Shown piece after piece: positions 60,558 to 64,000 of a stretch of 64,000 nucleotides of DNA; the stretch's first letter is position 1; every line of letters begins with the position of its first letter. The stretch covers positions 248,001 through 312,000 of the forward strand of contig OZ025744.1 in NCBI GenBank assembly GCA_964019335.1, read 5' to 3'. Below the pieces are notes generated by a model, which saw nothing but the letters and a program-made list of their open reading frames with translations, did not search any database and was not told where the DNA came from. The translations under genes and the position numbers were made by a program. The stretch is from Diplonema japonicum. Its lineage: Eukaryota > Protista > Euglenozoa: Diplonemea.

Positions 60558-61288
60558 TATTTCACTCTTCAGAAATTTCTTCACACACTGGGGGGCCCAT
60601 TACTTCACGCTAAATCTCATTACTTCACGGTGAAATAATGGCCTGTTTTCCGTGAAGTAATAGGGGGTTTCCGTTAAATAATATGCCTCGGTAGGCCAAT
60701 TTTTGCCTCGGTTCAGTTCCCAGTGGGGCTACTTTTTCCTCTCAGTTTGCTATTTCCCCCCAGGTTCAGCTCAATTGGCCAACTTTTGCCTCGGCTCAGT
60801 TCCAAGTTGGACTACTTTTTCCTCCCAATTTGCCCACTTTTGGCTAGGCCTTGTTCCCAGTTTCTGTGGGTAACTCTTCTGTGGGTAAGAGTAACTTAGT
60901 CAGCTTACCCAAGCTCCCCAAAAGACTTCAAAATACCGAAGCAGCAGAAAAAAAAGAGCCAGCGGCCGCGCCAGGTATGGGAAGGCCTGATTAGAGTGGC
61001 AATGCCAGCGACAGCGGCAGCTCTTAGTCAACAAAAGGAGGAAAAACATCTTGTATTGTAACCTTTGTAACCCCTCTCTTGTTGTACCCCTTGTCACCCT
61101 GTTGTGCCCCTCGTGGTGAAGTAATTTCAGAGTGTCGTGAAATAAAACCACTTACCTACCGCCAAGTAATGCTTTACCGACCTCTCGGTTCCGCATTTTA
61201 CCATCTCGGGCCCTGCGGGCCCTCGACGGTAAAATGCGGAACCTCGAGGTAACGGTAAAGTCATTACTTGTTGGCAGTAAATAGCTAT
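60558..61288. mobile_element. Divergent subfamily of the palindrome-ended repeat
   Basis: Same 5' end (atttcactcttc...ttcttcac), 3' end (ttgttggcagtaaatagctatttt) and GGGCCC-TGC-GGGCCC apex, but different arms; internal ~75-bp tandem repeats at ~60690..60860. Confidence 0.75.
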
Positions 61289-61688
61289 TTTTTTTTTTTT
61301 TTTGCTATAAGTGCACTTGTATCGGAAACCCTGGTTCTCCTGCCATAGTGTTCCTTTACTGCCCATCCCTACGGGGGACGGTTCTGTTTTTAACTGGTTG
61401 CCTAGAGGCCAGTGGTCACTTACGGATCGAGCCGCCTTCTGCGTTATTCCACCGTGGAAGGATTTGTTGGCCCCGCCCGGAGCCGAATGTTGGCGTTGGA
61501 GATGATGTGAGAGGAAGAGATCACGGGTCGACTCCCCGAAAGATACCGAGAGGAGGGAATCGATCCCGGGCCTTGGGGATTGGTAGCCGGCCAGACTACC
61601 ACTAGCCCGAAGGCTAGCCCCAAACACAGGAGGCTGTTGCTGCTGTTAATAATAATAATTTAAACAAAATACAAGCCCTCTTCCTCTT

Positions 61689-61720
<32 letters not shown>

Positions 61721-61937
61721 TTTTTTTTATCGTACCGTAGTAACACGTTAACAAGCCCTAGTTCCCAGAAAGTAAAGAAACTACCGCGGGGGGGAAATAG
61801 TTCTTAATGACCATATGCCTTTGTTGTTCGTTTCAGGGCCCTCTGGGAACCGCGGAACGCGGTGCCGTAGATCTCACAGGAAGTGACAAACTCCCCAGGG
61901 AAAAAAAAAAGTATTTTTATTTTATTTTGTTTTATTC

Positions 61938-62367
61938 ACAGTATCCAGGGTTATCCAGGGTTATCCAGGCTTTTTAGACCTGTTTGCCGGTGACGTGGCA
62001 CCCGTATCTTCCGAGGAGTCTGGTCTCTATTTCTGACAAGAAGTATGATGAAGAACAGGGGGAAGAGGAAGAGGAGGAGGAAGGGGAAGAAGCAGCCTCT
62101 ATCAAGGGGATTTGGATTTGACCGACTATTGGTCGGAAATGTCGAAGTACCGATTCAAAGTGATTCCTGCGGTACCTGCATCCACAGAGAATTGAATGCA
62201 CGCACACAGCGATGAACGCCCAATTTCTTACCTCCCTGCTTGCAACCCACCGCTGATGATAATAACAAGTCCGAAAAACCAATTCAAAACTGCATTTAAG
62301 GCCTTAAATAAGACACTATTTTGGGTTTTAATGGCTGGAATGGGCTCAGATCGTCAAAATAGGGTTT
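61938..62367. mobile_element. Fragmentary copy related to the 20361..22354 element
   Basis: agtatccagggtta end motif, 62190..62248 matching ~21291..21348, and the ~100-bp aaaactgcatttaaggcc module at 62285..62367. Confidence 0.7.
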
Positions 62368-62799
62368 CGCACGATTCTCGCGCATTCTCGCACATGCTAG
62401 TGTGCACTTCAGGTGTGCATGTGTCAAAAATACCCCCCTCGACCTTCATACCCCTCTTGAACTAACGCGATCAGTGCGTTCACGTCCGCCCCCGTGTGTG
62501 ATTCACCCTCGTGATGTCCAAGTGGAGGAGGAGGGGCTCCTCTGAGTATCCGACTAGCCCAGAAATGTTTGGCACTGGTGGCGTCTGTGCTTAACGGCAA
62601 CAGGGTCTTTTCGATGCTTTGCTTCGCTCTTCTCGAGCCCTTGTCTCCTTCTCGAATCCGGGCCCCTTTGCCAGCAGCGTGTCTGGTGTCGATATCTTCA
62701 TGCGCGAGCTCCACCAATGGGATGCTGGGAAGGCGTGTTTGCTGCTTGGTGGTTGGTGGTGCCTGCGACCAAACACAAGGAAAAGAAAACTATTTTTTT

Positions 62800-63867
62800 C
62801 TTGTTATCGTGGCGTGCGGGCGAGATAGAGCACAGAGAGAAGCAATGGAATTGAGATTGGACATCGAGCTCAAGTCGATGGTTTTTAGTTTTTCGCACTT
62901 TGACAAGAAACCTTCACCATGGTCGAAAGACGGGTCATCGAGCTCAAGTCGATGGTTTCTAGATTTTCACACCCATACAAGAAGTAATGACCAATGGAAG
63001 AAAGATTGGCCATCAAATTCAAGTTGATGGTTTCTAGTTTTTCGCACCCAAACAAAAAACCATTACCAATGGTTTTAAGTTTGGACATCGAGCTCAAGTC
63101 GATGGTTTTAAGTTTTTTGCACTCACGCAAGAAGCCATTGTCAATGGAATAAATATTGGACATCGAACTCAAGTCGATGGTTTCCAGTTTTGCACACCCT
63201 GACAAGAAGTGAGCACTAATGGAAGGGAAATTGGTCTTCACATTCAAGTCGATGGTTTCTAGATTTGCGCACCCATACAAGAAGCAAGAACCAATGGAAT
63301 CAATATTGGTCATCGAACTCAAGTCGATGGTTTCTAGATTTACGCACTCTCTTAAAAACCCATGATCAATGGTGGAAACATTTGGGAGGATGAGATCAAC
63401 AGACGTCAGGTGGTCGCAATCTCGAAGAAAGTTAGCGTCTATACTTTAACACAACCTGTGGTGTAGTCGGTGACAACGAGGAACCGAAGTCCAGAAGGAA
63501 GGCGCGTGGACAAGACTTCGACAGCTGGCGAGTACCCCACCTCAACTACCAGAACTAGCTCAGGGTCAGCTCTGAAACCACTTCTGAGCTCTCAAGCTCC
63601 TCCAGCTGAACAGTTCTCATGTTCGCCTCCACATGGACCATGCTGCCCTCCATGAGCCCAAGTCCCTGAAGCTCCTCACCCCCTTTCCTGTCAAGGAGGT
63701 CTCCCTCCCAAACCAGTTTGAACTTGCCTTCGAGTAAACCAGCAGCACCCCGCCTTCTTGTACAGGATCCCCACCGTCTCCTTCCCCGACACTTCCACAT
63801 CGTGAACCCCGCCTCCCGTCTTCACGAACACTGTCATATCGTTCACCTCTTCACCTGATCCATTCAT
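62800..63867 (-). pseudogene. Ubiquitin-like + BspA-type LRR protein pseudogene, copy 1
   Basis: N-terminal Ubl-like MTVFVKTGGGVHDVEVSGKETVG...FKLVWEGDLLD...LGLMEGSMVHVE, broken by a frameshift and stop, then ~25-aa repeats IGxxFLxGCxxLETIDLSSMxN (62885..63322). The 3' limit is approximate. Confidence 0.8.
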
Positions 63868-64000
63868 GTTCTTTTAGTTTCGTTCTTCCCCCCCCCCCCC
63901 CCCCCCCCACACACACACACTCTTTTCGCTTTTGTTTTTGTTTTTGTTTCCCTGTGTGTGCTTATTTTGAAGGGCTGCAGAAAGTCAGATGAAAGAAGAA

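Noticed and set aside
61550-61621. tRNA gene
   Set aside because: A/B-box-like motifs are present but no valid acceptor or anticodon stem; kept only as a SINE-like possibility.
1-64000. Numerous poly-Phe/poly-Lys/poly-Gly/poly-Pro ORFs and plus-strand ORFs in the supplied track
   Set aside because: They are translations of homopolymer runs or antisense shadows of minus-strand genes. Poly-Lys stretches inside real ORFs coincide with GT-AG introns.
1-64000. Alternative genetic code or non-canonical (non GT-AG) introns
   Set aside because: TAA, TAG and TGA all terminate modelled genes, long conserved ORFs have no internal stops, and every reconstructed intron fits GT-AG.

Overview
Eukaryotic nuclear DNA, most likely a euglenozoan protist. 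A diplonemid-like lineage is inferred from the combination of a unidirectional gene array and many cis-introns. About 30 host genes and pseudogenes all lie on the minus strand across 64 kb. They encode a kinesin, PX and FYVE proteins, a PKD2/TRPP channel, four tandem cyclophilins, a SET methyltransferase, two IQ proteins, an RBR E3, a large E2-SPRY fusion, a centrin-like protein, a membrane RING-H2 E3, RPT6, a UBC, a PAP2 phosphatase, an F-box protein and a SUMF2-like protein, plus two Ubl-LRR pseudogenes and two arrays of related microproteins. Non-coding DNA is dominated by long homopolymer runs and several non-autonomous transposon families: a piggyBac with TTAA TSD, CATAG-ended TIR elements, MITEs and a family with a terminal ~130-nt palindrome. 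The two strongest candidates for new biology are (1) an apparent base-composition code in which short GT-AG cis-introns carry a poly(A) tract before the AG while inter-CDS (presumed trans-splice) acceptors carry a poly(T) tract, and (2) a tandem family of ~50-60 aa microproteins with a conserved MxM[LM]xx[ST]SG...[FYL][GD][LV] N-terminus. Gene models were assembled by eye, and exact homopolymer lengths may be affected by sequencing error.
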